Origin: a virus
DNA length: 64,000 nucleotides
Reading direction: 5' to 3' (one strand)
Virus record (IMG/VR): IMGVR_UViG_3300010165_000001
Coordinates: 1-64,000 of that record
Shown: positions 32,180 through 41,086 of the stretch, one piece after another
Layout of the letters: each line of letters starts with the position of its first letter
Numbering within the stretch: the first letter of the stretch is position 1
Notes under the pieces: model-generated
What the model was told of the DNA's origin: nothing
Seen by the model: the letters and a program-made list of their open reading frames with translations, nothing else
Database searches by the model: none
Program-made: the position numbers and the translations under genes

Positions 32180-32203
32180 AACTACCCAACTTAATGAGTA
32201 GTT
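32180..32203 (-). terminator. rho-independent terminator
   Basis: AACTACTCA/TGGGTAGTT stem then T8 in minus sense. Confidence 0.7.
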
Positions 32204-32208
32204 AACAT

Positions 32209-33114
32209 TTATGGTATAAGTAAATCTAGTTCTTCTATTGTTTCATATACTAATGGTTCTTCATCGAGTATTTCATATCCATTATTATCGTATGCTCGAA
32301 TAGTAATTTTATTGTAATTTTCATGAGGTTTAATAATAGTAATCGCATCCTTACTTTCAATTGCTACAAAATTAACTTTATCATCCTTGCAATCAATTGA
32401 ATAAGTAAAATAACATGAGTCTAAATGTTTTATAACCTCTTCGATTACATCATCTACTAAAGCATTTTCACTTATAACAGAATTTAGTTCTTCAATACTA
32501 CCAATTTCTACTGATTTTACGTACCCTACTAAGTTTGATAAATACAACTTACCTTTATTCTCGAAAAATTCTAAGTCTCTTCCAGGAAATTTTACACTAA
32601 TTTTATCACCTGTATCATCAAAAGCATAGCCTGTATCAACTAAATAATTGAAAACCTTAACTAGCTTATCCTCTTTTAAAATACTACCAATCTCTTTTTG
32701 TACATTCCTACTTAGGAAAGTTTCTAATTCTTGAGAAGTCATTTCAAAATTTAGGTCTCCGATAAATAAAACGAAGTCTTTTTCTGAACCTTTATTTATA
32801 ACAATCTCTTTACTATCTAACTTGATATATACTTGGAAATCTCCTGATAAATATTCAAGGTCAAAATCTAGTTCATACTTGTCTAAAAGTGATTCTAGTT
32901 CTACTAGATTCTCATTCTTAATTTGCTTAATAATATTATTTAAAGCAATTTTTTCACCTTCAATATCAAATAATACTGCATCTATACTTGTGACTTTTGA
33001 ACCTATATATTCCTTTACGTTTTTTTTAAGTTTCTCGTCACCTTCTATTCTTTCTGTAAGTAAATCATCTAATAATTCTAGTACCTTTGTTTGGTATCTT
33101 GTTTTATTTGTCAT
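32209..33114 (-). CDS. hypothetical acidic protein (301 aa)
   Basis: ORF; SD TAGGAGGA. Confidence 0.7.
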   Translation of the reverse strand: MTNKTRYQTKVLELLDDLLTERIEGDEKLKKNVKEYIGSKVTSIDAVLFDIEGEKIALNNIIKQIKNENLVELESLLDKYELDFDLEYLSGDFQVYIKLDSKEIVINKGSEKDFVLFIGDLNFEMTSQELETFLSRNVQKEIGSILKEDKLVKVFNYLVDTGYAFDDTGDKISVKFPGRDLEFFENKGKLYLSNLVGYVKSVEIGSIEELNSVISENALVDDVIEEVIKHLDSCYFTYSIDCKDDKVNFVAIESKDAITIIKPHENYNKITIRAYDNNGYEILDEEPLVYETIEELDLLIP

Positions 33115-33134
33115 TATAAATTCCTCCTAATTTT

Positions 33135-33317
33135 TTAATAGTAATAATATACTGGTGTTGTCCATACTTGGTATGAATGATATACAACACACAGTGAAAA
33201 TGCTAATAACATTAATTGAAACCAAAGTTGTTCTTTATCTCCAACTTGATAACATTCCCATACATTTCTTAATAAGTATACTGAAGCCATGATACTAATA
33301 ATCATTGCAAATCCCAT
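33135..33317 (-). CDS. small two-TM membrane protein
   Basis: ORF; SD AAGGAG. Confidence 0.6.
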   Translation of the reverse strand: MGFAMIISIMASVYLLRNVWECYQVGDKEQLWFQLMLLAFSLCVVYHSYQVWTTPVYYYY

Positions 33318-33337
33318 AGTCTTTTCACTCCTTATTC

Positions 33338-33631
33338 CTACTTGTCTTTTTTACCGAATCTCTCTTGTGCTAATTTAGACATTTGCTCTCTCGTCTCTTT
33401 CTTAACAGGTTTTCTAAAGCTAATTAAGTCCTCTTCTAATTTTACTCTAATATATGTTGGTGTACCATTTTCATATTGTTCTACAACCTCTGCTTGAGGG
33501 TATTGTTTTAGTATTTTTGTGATGTGTTTCCTAGTTGAACTCTCGATAATCCAACATCCATTTAGTGCATCCCATACACAAACTGTTTCCATCTCTTCTT
33601 TAGGTACACCTGTTTCTGTTATTTTAACCAT
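33338..33631 (-). CDS. hypothetical protein
   Basis: ORF; SD TAGGAGGA. Confidence 0.65.
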   Translation of the reverse strand: MVKITETGVPKEEMETVCVWDALNGCWIIESSTRKHITKILKQYPQAEVVEQYENGTPTYIRVKLEEDLISFRKPVKKETREQMSKLAQERFGKKDK

Positions 33632-33646
33632 TTAATTTTCCTCCTA

Positions 33647-34018
33647 TCATCCTTTAATATTACTAATTAATTCTTTGATAGCTACATACTCAGGTGCGAA
33701 TATTCCTATAATGTTAAAACCAATCAATAAAAGTCCTACACATGCTAATATTGCTATAATTAACCAACCTGAAATAGCTATTGTTGTGCTTGAGTCTAAT
33801 ACGTATACGTCTGAGTCATTTAAGGAACTTTTCTCCCCTAACTTATCAATAGTTCGGTCTGCATACTTAAATACAAAAGGAATAATAGCTAAACATATTA
33901 AACCTATTAGGGTATACACTATACTAGAAGCCCAAACCCCTTGTACATATGTTTCAAATCCTTGGCTACTTATGTCTTTCAAATACTTTCCTACTTCATT
34001 AATCATTTTATCATCCAT
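33647..34018 (-). CDS. membrane protein, paralog of 35227..35631
   Basis: Two hydrophobic spans; shared C-terminus PEYVAIKELISNIK / PEIYAIKEILYQIK. Confidence 0.7.
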   Translation of the reverse strand: MDDKMINEVGKYLKDISSQGFETYVQGVWASSIVYTLIGLICLAIIPFVFKYADRTIDKLGEKSSLNDSDVYVLDSSTTIAISGWLIIAILACVGLLLIGFNIIGIFAPEYVAIKELISNIKG

Positions 34019-34238
34019 TTAATTCTCCTCCTATATAGTTAATACTTCTAATTGAATCTACCATTATTATAGTATAACCTTCTATGTTATGCAAGTCATT
34101 TTTAACTTTATCTACGTTTTTATTCAATGAAACAAATATAATTTTTCTCGTATCATCGATGTAAATATCCATACCATCTTCATTATTTGTTAAAATCGTA
34201 TTTTCTTTTTTATTCAACAGGTTCACCACTTTCCTCAT
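34011..34238 (-). CDS. hypothetical small protein
   Basis: ORF overlapping the lipoprotein gene's 3' end; weak SD. Confidence 0.5.
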   Translation of the reverse strand: MRKVVNLLNKKENTILTNNEDGMDIYIDDTRKIIFVSLNKNVDKVKNDLHNIEGYTIIMVDSIRSINYIGGELNG

Positions 34239-34629
34239 AATAACCTTTCTCTTGAAACTTTCTTTCTTTTTCTCTATTTTCTTCTACCTGACGATTTACG
34301 CCCTCTTTCCATCTCTCGTATTCACCTTCTTCGTAACCATAACTTCCTCCACTAAATTCTATTAACTCTTCTTCAGCTTCCTCTGCGTGAGGGTCTACCC
34401 ATTCATCTTCAGATGTATCAACAGTAGCTCCATTTTCTTCATAAGGTACTTCTTCTAGTTTCTCCTGTCCACCTTCTTCTTCCCACCAAGGTACGTTAGG
34501 GTCATCTTTCTTTGTTTCTACTTGTGTTTTTTCTTTTGTTGGTTCCTCTTTACTTACTTGTTCTTCATTTCCACATGCTCCTAGTAACAATACACTACCT
34601 ATAACTAAACTTCCTAATAATTTTTTCAT
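34210..34629 (-). CDS. lipoprotein with acidic mature domain
   Basis: MKKLLGSLVIGSVLLLGAC: signal peptide + lipobox LLGAC. Confidence 0.75.
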   Translation of the reverse strand: MKKLLGSLVIGSVLLLGACGNEEQVSKEEPTKEKTQVETKKDDPNVPWWEEEGGQEKLEEVPYEENGATVDTSEDEWVDPHAEEAEEELIEFSGGSYGYEEGEYERWKEGVNRQVEENREKERKFQEKGYYEESGEPVE

Positions 34630-34661
34630 TTAAATCGTCTCCTTTTATTTGGTATATACTT

Positions 34662-34690
34662 AGTATAAATGATTTCTATAAGATTGTCAA
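34662..34690 (-). promoter_or_regulatory. sigma-A promoter
   Basis: TTGACA-17-TATACT in minus sense. Confidence 0.7.
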
Positions 34691-34692
34691 TA

Positions 34693-34797
34693 CTATTTTT
34701 TAAATAAATCTACTAAAGAATAAATACTACTTACAATGATAGTTAATAACACTAATAATACTACGAAGCCTGAGAATATACTTCCAATTGTAATCAT
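34693..34797 (-). CDS. 34-aa single-TM peptide (not in track)
   Basis: MITIGSIFSGFVVLLVLLTIIVSSIYSLVDLFKK; SD TAGGAGGTG. Confidence 0.5.
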   Translation of the reverse strand: MITIGSIFSGFVVLLVLLTIIVSSIYSLVDLFKK

Positions 34798-34882
34798 TCT
34801 AACACCTCCTAATTGATTATATATTAAATATAACATACCCGCTTCATAGCTGTCAAGAATAGAAGCAGGTATTTCATTTCAC

Positions 34883-35215
34883 TTATTCTTCTGTATGTTC
34901 TTCATTTAAGCTTAACACTGTTCTTTTATTCAAATTAGTTGTATTTCTATCATAGTAGCCTTTAAGGTTTTTAATCTTAGTGTTATTCTCAAGTATAACT
35001 TTATTAACACTATAAGATTTATTATCCATGAAATTGTACATATCTATTAACTCATATATTTTTTCATATATTTTTGCCTGTTCAAGCATTAATTTTTTTC
35101 TGTAACTACTTAATTCATTTGTTTCTTCTTCTAGTTCTTGTATCTTATCTTTAAACGGTTCGTTATTCAATAGTTCAGTAATATACTCTTTATCAATTTT
35201 AATTTCTTCATTCAT
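34883..35215 (-). CDS. hypothetical coiled-coil protein
   Basis: ORF; SD TAGGAGAG. Confidence 0.65.
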   Translation of the reverse strand: MNEEIKIDKEYITELLNNEPFKDKIQELEEETNELSSYRKKLMLEQAKIYEKIYELIDMYNFMDNKSYSVNKVILENNTKIKNLKGYYDRNTTNLNKRTVLSLNEEHTEE

Positions 35216-35226
35216 AATTATCTCTC

Positions 35227-35631
35227 CTATTTAATTTGATATAATATTTCTTTTATAGCATAGATTTCTGGTACGCTTAGTCTCATAACCCCAGAGTATA
35301 CTAAGAATATAGATGATATAATCCCAATAGCAGATACCCCAAATAATAACACTACGATAATTATTCCAGAATCTGTAAACTCAATATCTTCAAAATAATC
35401 AATTTCAAAAACACTATTGTCTCTATCTGTTCTTTTAACTTTACTGTATTGTTTTTTGATAAATAATACAGTAAAAAATACAAATAGTAAAATCAAGAAA
35501 GCTCCTACAAGCTGACAAATACCTGTAATAATTTCATATTTAATCAATGAATCCCAAGCATGTGTACCTAACCCATTTAACTTCTCACTCAATACGTCTA
35601 CTCTATCTAATACCTTATCTTCTAGTTTCAT
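35227..35631 (-). CDS. membrane protein, paralog of 33647..34018
   Basis: See 33647..34018. Confidence 0.7.
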   Translation of the reverse strand: MKLEDKVLDRVDVLSEKLNGLGTHAWDSLIKYEIITGICQLVGAFLILLFVFFTVLFIKKQYSKVKRTDRDNSVFEIDYFEDIEFTDSGIIIVVLLFGVSAIGIISSIFLVYSGVMRLSVPEIYAIKEILYQIK

Positions 35632-36245
35632 TTGTTTCCTCCAATTTTAATTTTTTTAATATCTAGATTAAACTCTACCATTCCTTTATCTTCTAAACCA
35701 AAGATTTGGAAAGTATTATTATCTTTATACAATACAAACTTATCTTTAACAACTTTCATATCCATATCTTCATCAAACATTGATTGAATATACTTAAGAA
35801 CTGTGTTGTGTCCTGTAAGTTCTTTTAAGTAACTCTCTACGTCTTTACGTGTTAGGTAAGAATTATTCAATTTATAAATTCTAGTTCTAACTGTTCCTGC
35901 ACCAATAAACATATTGTCTACATGACAGTTCGTTCTATCTCCGTCTTTAAAACATACATTACCTGTTCTAATATCTCCACGTGACTGACTAATCAATTCT
36001 GGAAATGTACTTGCGATTAAGTGTGCTCTTGAGTATGATGTTTTCTTAGGATGTAGGAAATATACAATTTCATGAGCAGTGTGCTTAGGATGATACTTTC
36101 GTGTCATAGTCCCTTTAATCAATTTCTTAGTTTTTCTATTACGAATCATTCCATTTATATTCGCTTCAAATAAACTATTTTGTGGGATAACCCTCCAGCC
36201 TGTTTCAGGTTGGATTGAGCTATCTAAATGTTCTCTTGTCTTCAT
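35628..36245 (-). CDS. HNH homing-endonuclease-like protein (NUMOD4-like N-terminus)
   Basis: GWRVIP..NGMIRN..K.IKG then HLIASTF.. and DGDRTNCHVDNM; ATG 36245, 7 nt after GGAGGAG. Confidence 0.6.
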   Translation of the reverse strand: MKTREHLDSSIQPETGWRVIPQNSLFEANINGMIRNRKTKKLIKGTMTRKYHPKHTAHEIVYFLHPKKTSYSRAHLIASTFPELISQSRGDIRTGNVCFKDGDRTNCHVDNMFIGAGTVRTRIYKLNNSYLTRKDVESYLKELTGHNTVLKYIQSMFDEDMDMKVVKDKFVLYKDNNTFQIFGLEDKGMVEFNLDIKKIKIGGNK

Positions 36246-36274
36246 AATCATTCTCCTCCTATAAATCTATCGTT

Positions 36275-36778
36275 TTACTCCCAAAATCCCCATTCATTAT
36301 TTTCTTTTTCTTTTACAATATAATTATAACTTACTTCATCTAACCCATCATCAAGAAATTCTTTTAATCTTTTCTTACGATTAATTAAAACATGTAAGTT
36401 TCCATTATTAGCCATTTGTGTATCTTGATAATTATTTATATACTCACTATCCCAATCCCAATCAACAAAGTATTCTTCTTTTGAATCATAATATGCAACT
36501 TCTATACTTGTTATATCTTCATGTTGCATCAATCTTTGAGAACAACTAAGAATTTCTTTATCATCTTCGTTAAACATTCCTAATGTTTTAATTATTTCTG
36601 GTTTAATAATTTCTAAATATATACTATTAGCAGTTTGTATCTTATCAATAGCATTGATTGCTGTTCGTCTTACGCTCATATCTACATCTTCAATAATTAT
36701 GTTTCCTAAATGCTTAGTTGGAATCTTTATATATTCACAGTTTTCTAAAACTAGCACTATTTCTTTTACTTTTGTCAT
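36275..36778 (-). CDS. hypothetical protein
   Basis: ORF; SD TAGGAGGA. Confidence 0.7.
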   Translation of the reverse strand: MTKVKEIVLVLENCEYIKIPTKHLGNIIIEDVDMSVRRTAINAIDKIQTANSIYLEIIKPEIIKTLGMFNEDDKEILSCSQRLMQHEDITSIEVAYYDSKEEYFVDWDWDSEYINNYQDTQMANNGNLHVLINRKKRLKEFLDDGLDEVSYNYIVKEKENNEWGFWE

Positions 36779-37095
36779 AATGTTTTTCCTCCTAATTGTA
36801 GATTGTGATAATTATATATGTCCTTTGTTACGCTCTTAATAAAATATTTAATAGCAAAGTCTTCATTACCTTCTTTAACTCTATCATAACTAAACTCTGG
36901 TGTTACAAAGATAACAAATCCTCCTAAATCTATCCCATTATCAAACACATCAAATGTAATCATTTCTCCATCAAAAGTTTTAATTCTAAATTCCTTATCT
37001 GTACCTAAATTTTTAGGGAAGTGCATTTTCCCTTGTTCATATAACCACTCTACAGCAATTCCAAATAGTCTTTCTACATTTTCTTTACTTAACAT
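36775..37095 (-). CDS. hypothetical protein
   Basis: ATG 37095 after AAAGGGA; track start 37137 lies in the promoter. Confidence 0.6.
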   Translation of the reverse strand: MLSKENVERLFGIAVEWLYEQGKMHFPKNLGTDKEFRIKTFDGEMITFDVFDNGIDLGGFVIFVTPEFSYDRVKEGNEDFAIKYFIKSVTKDIYNYHNLQLGGKTL

Positions 37096-37127
37096 ATTAA
37101 TCATTCCCTTTCTTAATTTGTACATTA

Positions 37128-37156
37128 AGTATAACATGGTAAGAAAGAAGAGTCAA
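37128..37156 (-). promoter_or_regulatory. sigma-A promoter
   Basis: TTGACT-17-TATACT. Confidence 0.7.
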
Positions 37157-37161
37157 TAGTT

Positions 37162-37362
37162 TTATCGAGTAATTTTAAATTGTTTTGTCTTTAAGTCTAC
37201 CTTAAATCTGTAACCTCTAAATTTAAAGGCTCGTTTAAGATACTTAACGTCCTCTTTCGTTAACTCCAGCTCTAAAAACCCTACAGAACGATATAGAGAA
37301 CCATTGTCTCTAAAATCTTCCGTCTCTTTTAGCATAAAATTATCTAGTTTATCTTTATCCAT
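37162..37362 (-). CDS. hypothetical small basic protein
   Basis: ATG 37362 after AAGGAGG preferred over track start 37398. Confidence 0.6.
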   Translation of the reverse strand: MDKDKLDNFMLKETEDFRDNGSLYRSVGFLELELTKEDVKYLKRAFKFRGYRFKVDLKTKQFKITR

Positions 37363-37363
37363 A

Positions 37364-38461
37364 CTAAACCTCCTTAAATGGTAATGTTTTTGAGTCATCT
37401 AGTTCTACTTTACCTGTAGTGTTATTGTATACCATATCAGGTACTTCTTTATGTTTAAAAGGTAGAATATTTTTACTCTCTTCTAGAATATCTTTAATAT
37501 TGCGAAGTAAAAGCTCATACTTTCCAAAAGAACCATGTCTTGTGTCTAAATCATTCTTATTATAACTATATTGTTTATGGAATGGTTTAACTTCAAAGTA
37601 ATACGTATTGAATTCATTAAGGTATTCAAACTTCATTGTATAGTCCTCTTCCACAACTAAAGAATCCATATCTAAATTAAATCCATTAATACGTACATTC
37701 ATCATACTTCTGAAAGCATCTGTAAAGTTAGATAAATCATAAAGTAGCTTACTTTCAATCTCTTCTAATGCAGGGTTAATCTCAGCTAAGCTATTAACTC
37801 TTTTATAATAACTATCAAAATATTCTTCATTTATAACATAAGAATGTATACCTCTAGAAAATATGTCAGATTTAATAAGCCTATTTCCATGGTAAATCTT
37901 TACTTCTTCCTTTGGGTCAAACATTCTAGTAAAATCTTGAATGGTTATAGGTATATGGTTATACTCTAAAAGTAACTTATTATCTTCTTCACCTACAATT
38001 AAATCTTTAAAGTTATTTTTAATATCTAAGAATAAATTAAAATCTTCTTTATATGTTTTAATTTGTTTTAACATCTCTCTAACATCTTTAAGTACCTCTG
38101 CCTTTAATATCCATTTACCTACGTCCCTAGACATATGTCCACTTGAATAATTACTATCATCTTTTAAGTGTCTAAATTCCACAAAAAAAGTATCCTTTAT
38201 TGCAGAATCTTGTATAGATACTTCTAACTTGTAACCTAAATAACTAAATGCAAAGTATTCTGTTTCGTTAGTTATATATTCAACACCTTCTTCATTTAAA
38301 CATTTCTTTATAATTTCAGAAATGGTTGATTTACTTAGTTTTTCTTCTTTTTTAACTACTTCTTCCTTTATATCTTCCCCTTCATTATAGACAGACCAAA
38401 CAACACCAACTATTAAAACTAAACAAAATAATACACAAATTCCTATTGTAATCCAAACCAT
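37364..38461 (-). CDS. N-terminally membrane-anchored protein (365 aa)
   Basis: MVWITIGICVLFCLVLIVGVVW anchor; SD AAGGAGGA. Confidence 0.7.
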   Translation of the reverse strand: MVWITIGICVLFCLVLIVGVVWSVYNEGEDIKEEVVKKEEKLSKSTISEIIKKCLNEEGVEYITNETEYFAFSYLGYKLEVSIQDSAIKDTFFVEFRHLKDDSNYSSGHMSRDVGKWILKAEVLKDVREMLKQIKTYKEDFNLFLDIKNNFKDLIVGEEDNKLLLEYNHIPITIQDFTRMFDPKEEVKIYHGNRLIKSDIFSRGIHSYVINEEYFDSYYKRVNSLAEINPALEEIESKLLYDLSNFTDAFRSMMNVRINGFNLDMDSLVVEEDYTMKFEYLNEFNTYYFEVKPFHKQYSYNKNDLDTRHGSFGKYELLLRNIKDILEESKNILPFKHKEVPDMVYNNTTGKVELDDSKTLPFKEV

Positions 38462-38474
38462 AATTATTTCCTCC

Positions 38475-38717
38475 TTATACTAACCCTAAATATTTTAACA
38501 TTTTATTTGCTTCTACTTCATTCAGTTCTTCTAAGTACAGATACACACTTAGAAATCTATTCTGTAATCTAAACTTATAATAAGGATTCTTAGTCCTTAG
38601 TATAAATGTTACCATCTGTGATAACGTTGCTCTGATATAAGGTATCTTATCTTCCTTTGTTCTTAAAATCTTTTTACTATCTTTCATTATAAATTTATAT
38701 CGTTCTCTTTCTGTCAT
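38475..38717 (-). CDS. hypothetical small protein
   Basis: ORF; SD AAAGGAG just downstream of the tRNA. Confidence 0.65.
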   Translation of the reverse strand: MTERERYKFIMKDSKKILRTKEDKIPYIRATLSQMVTFILRTKNPYYKFRLQNRFLSVYLYLEELNEVEANKMLKYLGLV

Positions 38718-38741
38718 ATAAGTACTCCTTTTTATTATTAG

Positions 38742-38818
38742 TGCCCTGTATAGGATTTGAACCTATACAATCACATGGTTTAGGAGACCATGGCTCTATC
38801 CTATTGAGCTAACAGGGC
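38742..38818 (-). tRNA. tRNA-Arg(CCU), 77 nt, no encoded CCA, 8-nt variable region
   Basis: Hand-folded cloverleaf: acceptor GCCCTGT/ACAGGGC, D GCTC/GAGC with GG, anticodon stem ATGGT/ACCAT, loop CTCCTAA, T arm ATAGG-TTCAAAT-CCTAT. Confidence 0.75.
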
Positions 38819-38846
38819 ATGTAGGTAGCTCTCACTACCTATTAAA

Positions 38847-39236
38847 TTATTTATAACTCTGTGAGTCTATTTTGTTAATATATTCTTGAATATCTTTATC
38901 TAAATCTTTAGTCATCTTATTTAATTGCTTAGCTAATTTTTTCTCACTGTGACCTTTTTTAATAATACTTCCTTTAGTTACAGGTTCTGGGTCTACATAC
39001 AAACCTTTAGCTCTTTGTGTATTTAATTCAAATTGTTCCTTACGTTCTTGTTCTTCTAAATACACAATAGATAGTGTATTAACTAATGTTGTTCCTAGTG
39101 TCGTAACTTTATTTATCGTGTGTTGATGTTTTGTGACTTTACCTTTCGTGAACACAATACTATTGTATAAATCTAACCCACTTAATACTAAATTACTAAT
39201 CTTTAATGCTCTAATTTTCTTTTTTCTGTTTAACAT
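38847..39236 (-). CDS. hypothetical basic protein
   Basis: ORF; SD AAAGGAGAG. Confidence 0.65.
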   Translation of the reverse strand: MLNRKKKIRALKISNLVLSGLDLYNSIVFTKGKVTKHQHTINKVTTLGTTLVNTLSIVYLEEQERKEQFELNTQRAKGLYVDPEPVTKGSIIKKGHSEKKLAKQLNKMTKDLDKDIQEYINKIDSQSYK

Positions 39237-39266
39237 AATATCTCTCCTTTAATTATTTATGTACTT

Positions 39267-39296
39267 ATCTTACCACACTTCATTATTGCTTGTCAA
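39267..39296 (-). promoter_or_regulatory. sigma-A-like promoter
   Basis: TTGACAAGCAATAATGAAGTGTGGTAAGAT. Confidence 0.6.
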
Positions 39297-39299
39297 TAC

Positions 39300-39566
39300 T
39301 TAGATTAATAAATTTAAAACTATTAGTAATAACATACCTATAAGACTTGCAATACTCAAACCTTTAATGTAAGTTGTCATTCCTATATAGTATAGAATTA
39401 ATACACCCAAACCTATCAAAATAGACACATCAAAAGTAATAACTAACTTAATTAATTCTAACAAGAATACAAGTAAGAATAAATTTATTGGTACAATCCC
39501 ATACTTAAAGCCTTGTACTATTAGAATAATAAATAATATCATAGATATAAAACTAAAAACTTCCAT
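39300..39566 (-). CDS. multi-TM small membrane protein
   Basis: Almost entirely hydrophobic; SD AAGGAGG. Confidence 0.7.
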   Translation of the reverse strand: MEVFSFISMILFIILIVQGFKYGIVPINLFLLVFLLELIKLVITFDVSILIGLGVLILYYIGMTTYIKGLSIASLIGMLLLIVLNLLI

Positions 39567-39587
39567 TACCTAACCTCCTTAAATACA

Positions 39588-39616
39588 ATTATACAGACTT
39601 CATTCCTACTTGTCAA
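39588..39616 (-). promoter_or_regulatory. sigma-A promoter
   Basis: TTGACAAGTAGGAATGAAGTCTGTATAAT. Confidence 0.7.
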
Positions 39617-39626
39617 CACTAAACTT

Positions 39627-39652
39627 AAAAAAATAAGGGAAATTAATCCCTT
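39627..39652 (-). terminator. rho-independent terminator
   Basis: AAGGGA/TCCCTT stem then ATTTTTTT in minus sense. Confidence 0.65.
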
Positions 39653-39801
39653 AAATTAATGTAGTTATACTTCCTATGAAAGTAAGCTTGCCATTCTTCT
39701 TTTTTCATATTCTTAAAAGGACTTTCCACTTTTACTTCTCTCTTCTTGTGTACTGCTGTTTGTCTACTTTCTTCTTTAAGTAAATCTCTAAGATTCTTCA
39801 T
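39643..39801 (-). CDS. 52-aa basic protein (not in track)
   Basis: ATG 39801 overlaps the upstream gene's end; stop inside the terminator; weak SD. Confidence 0.4.
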   Translation of the reverse strand: MKNLRDLLKEESRQTAVHKKREVKVESPFKNMKKEEWQAYFHRKYNYINLRD

Positions 39802-40009
39802 TACGATTACCTAACAATATCTCTTTATGCACTTTATCACGTAAGAATTTTGCAAACTCATCATCAGAAGAAAAGACAACCTCTTCATCACTATCTTCTT
39901 GAAACTCATTAATTAAGTCTAATACTGAAGCTATGAAAGTATCTTCATCAGTTGTATACATATGAAGTAGCCTTAAGTCTCCTAAGATACTTTGAATACA
40001 TTTATCCAC
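39788..40009 (-). CDS. hypothetical small acidic protein
   Basis: GTG start after AGAGGTGA. Confidence 0.65.
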   Translation of the reverse strand: MDKCIQSILGDLRLLHMYTTDEDTFIASVLDLINEFQEDSDEEVVFSSDDEFAKFLRDKVHKEILLGNRNEES

Positions 40010-40218
40010 TATAAATCACCTCTAATTGCAATAATCAAAATCATTATACCTGCAAAACATAAAAATAAGCTTGCCATACTATATATTAAACCGAGTGTAA
40101 TTGTTCCTACATAAAAGTATACCGAAGCTATAGCTATATAATAAGCTGAAAAGTAAATAATAATTAAGCTTATTGCAATCAATAATAATCTTACAAACAA
40201 TCCTTTCACAGTCTTCAC
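40009..40218 (-). CDS. two-TM small membrane protein
   Basis: Start may be GTG 40209 rather than 40218. Confidence 0.6.
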   Translation of the reverse strand: MKTVKGLFVRLLLIAISLIIIYFSAYYIAIASVYFYVGTITLGLIYSMASLFLCFAGIMILIIAIRGDL

Positions 40219-40619
40219 TCCCTTATATACAAGGTATTATTGAATGTGATACTTCCTTCTTCTGATAAAGTCTTTCTACTATTATCAATCTTCAAAGGAT
40301 TATATACTGTATAATATCTCCATATCTTACTATTATCTTCTACTGTTTTTACTTTACCATCAATCTCATCATAATACTTTAATAACTTTTTAACTTTCCT
40401 ATGATAACTCCAATATGATTTAAATGTATGGAACCCATAACGTTTCCATACATAAAAAGGTATCTTATAATCTGGTAACTGACTTTCTTTACCAAATTGA
40501 TACTCATATATACTTGGGATATTATCTAAGAATACAAAACCTTTAAGGTTAAAGTCATTAGAACTATAAGGACTACATAAGTAAAGTAACCTATCTAAAT
40601 CTCTAAAAAACTTCTCCAT
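40215..40619 (-). CDS. hypothetical protein
   Basis: ORF; SD TAAGGAGA. Confidence 0.7.
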   Translation of the reverse strand: MEKFFRDLDRLLYLCSPYSSNDFNLKGFVFLDNIPSIYEYQFGKESQLPDYKIPFYVWKRYGFHTFKSYWSYHRKVKKLLKYYDEIDGKVKTVEDNSKIWRYYTVYNPLKIDNSRKTLSEEGSITFNNTLYIRE

Positions 40620-40634
40620 AATATCTCTATCTCC

Positions 40635-40703
40635 TTACGACATCCACCAAAGAATTAAAACAACAATAACTGTAATAATTGCTACCCAAATTATTGATTC
40701 CAT
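40635..40703 (-). CDS. 22-aa TM peptide (not in track)
   Basis: MESIIWVAIITVIVVLILWWMS; TAATG overlap with the upstream stop. Confidence 0.35.
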   Translation of the reverse strand: MESIIWVAIITVIVVLILWWMS

Positions 40704-41086
40704 TACTTATCACTCGTCTCATCATCAAAATCTCGGACAAACTTATACTCTGCTACTGTACTTCCGTCTTTATTTTCTTTGTAAATTCTCATAAGCTTAA
40801 ACTTGTGTCCTTCTTTTAATTCACTTGTTTTATAAGAATCTAGGTCGATACTATTTTTTCCTGTTTTACCAGGTATATAAGACGGTAAATCCTCTACAAA
40901 ATACGCTCTATTGTTTTTAATTTCTTGTAATGTAAAATTTTCTATATAATCCACACTGTTTGTTTTATTTATTGGAACTTCATAGTTACTCTTTAATTCT
41001 CTATCCATAAGATAGAATATGCTTGCAATTGCAAACAATAACAAAACAAGAATTAAAAGTAAAATACCTTGTTTTCTTTTATTCAT
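40703..41086 (-). CDS. N-terminally anchored or secreted protein
   Basis: MNKRKQGILLLILVLLLFAIASIFYL. Confidence 0.7.
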   Translation of the reverse strand: MNKRKQGILLLILVLLLFAIASIFYLMDRELKSNYEVPINKTNSVDYIENFTLQEIKNNRAYFVEDLPSYIPGKTGKNSIDLDSYKTSELKEGHKFKLMRIYKENKDGSTVAEYKFVRDFDDETSDK

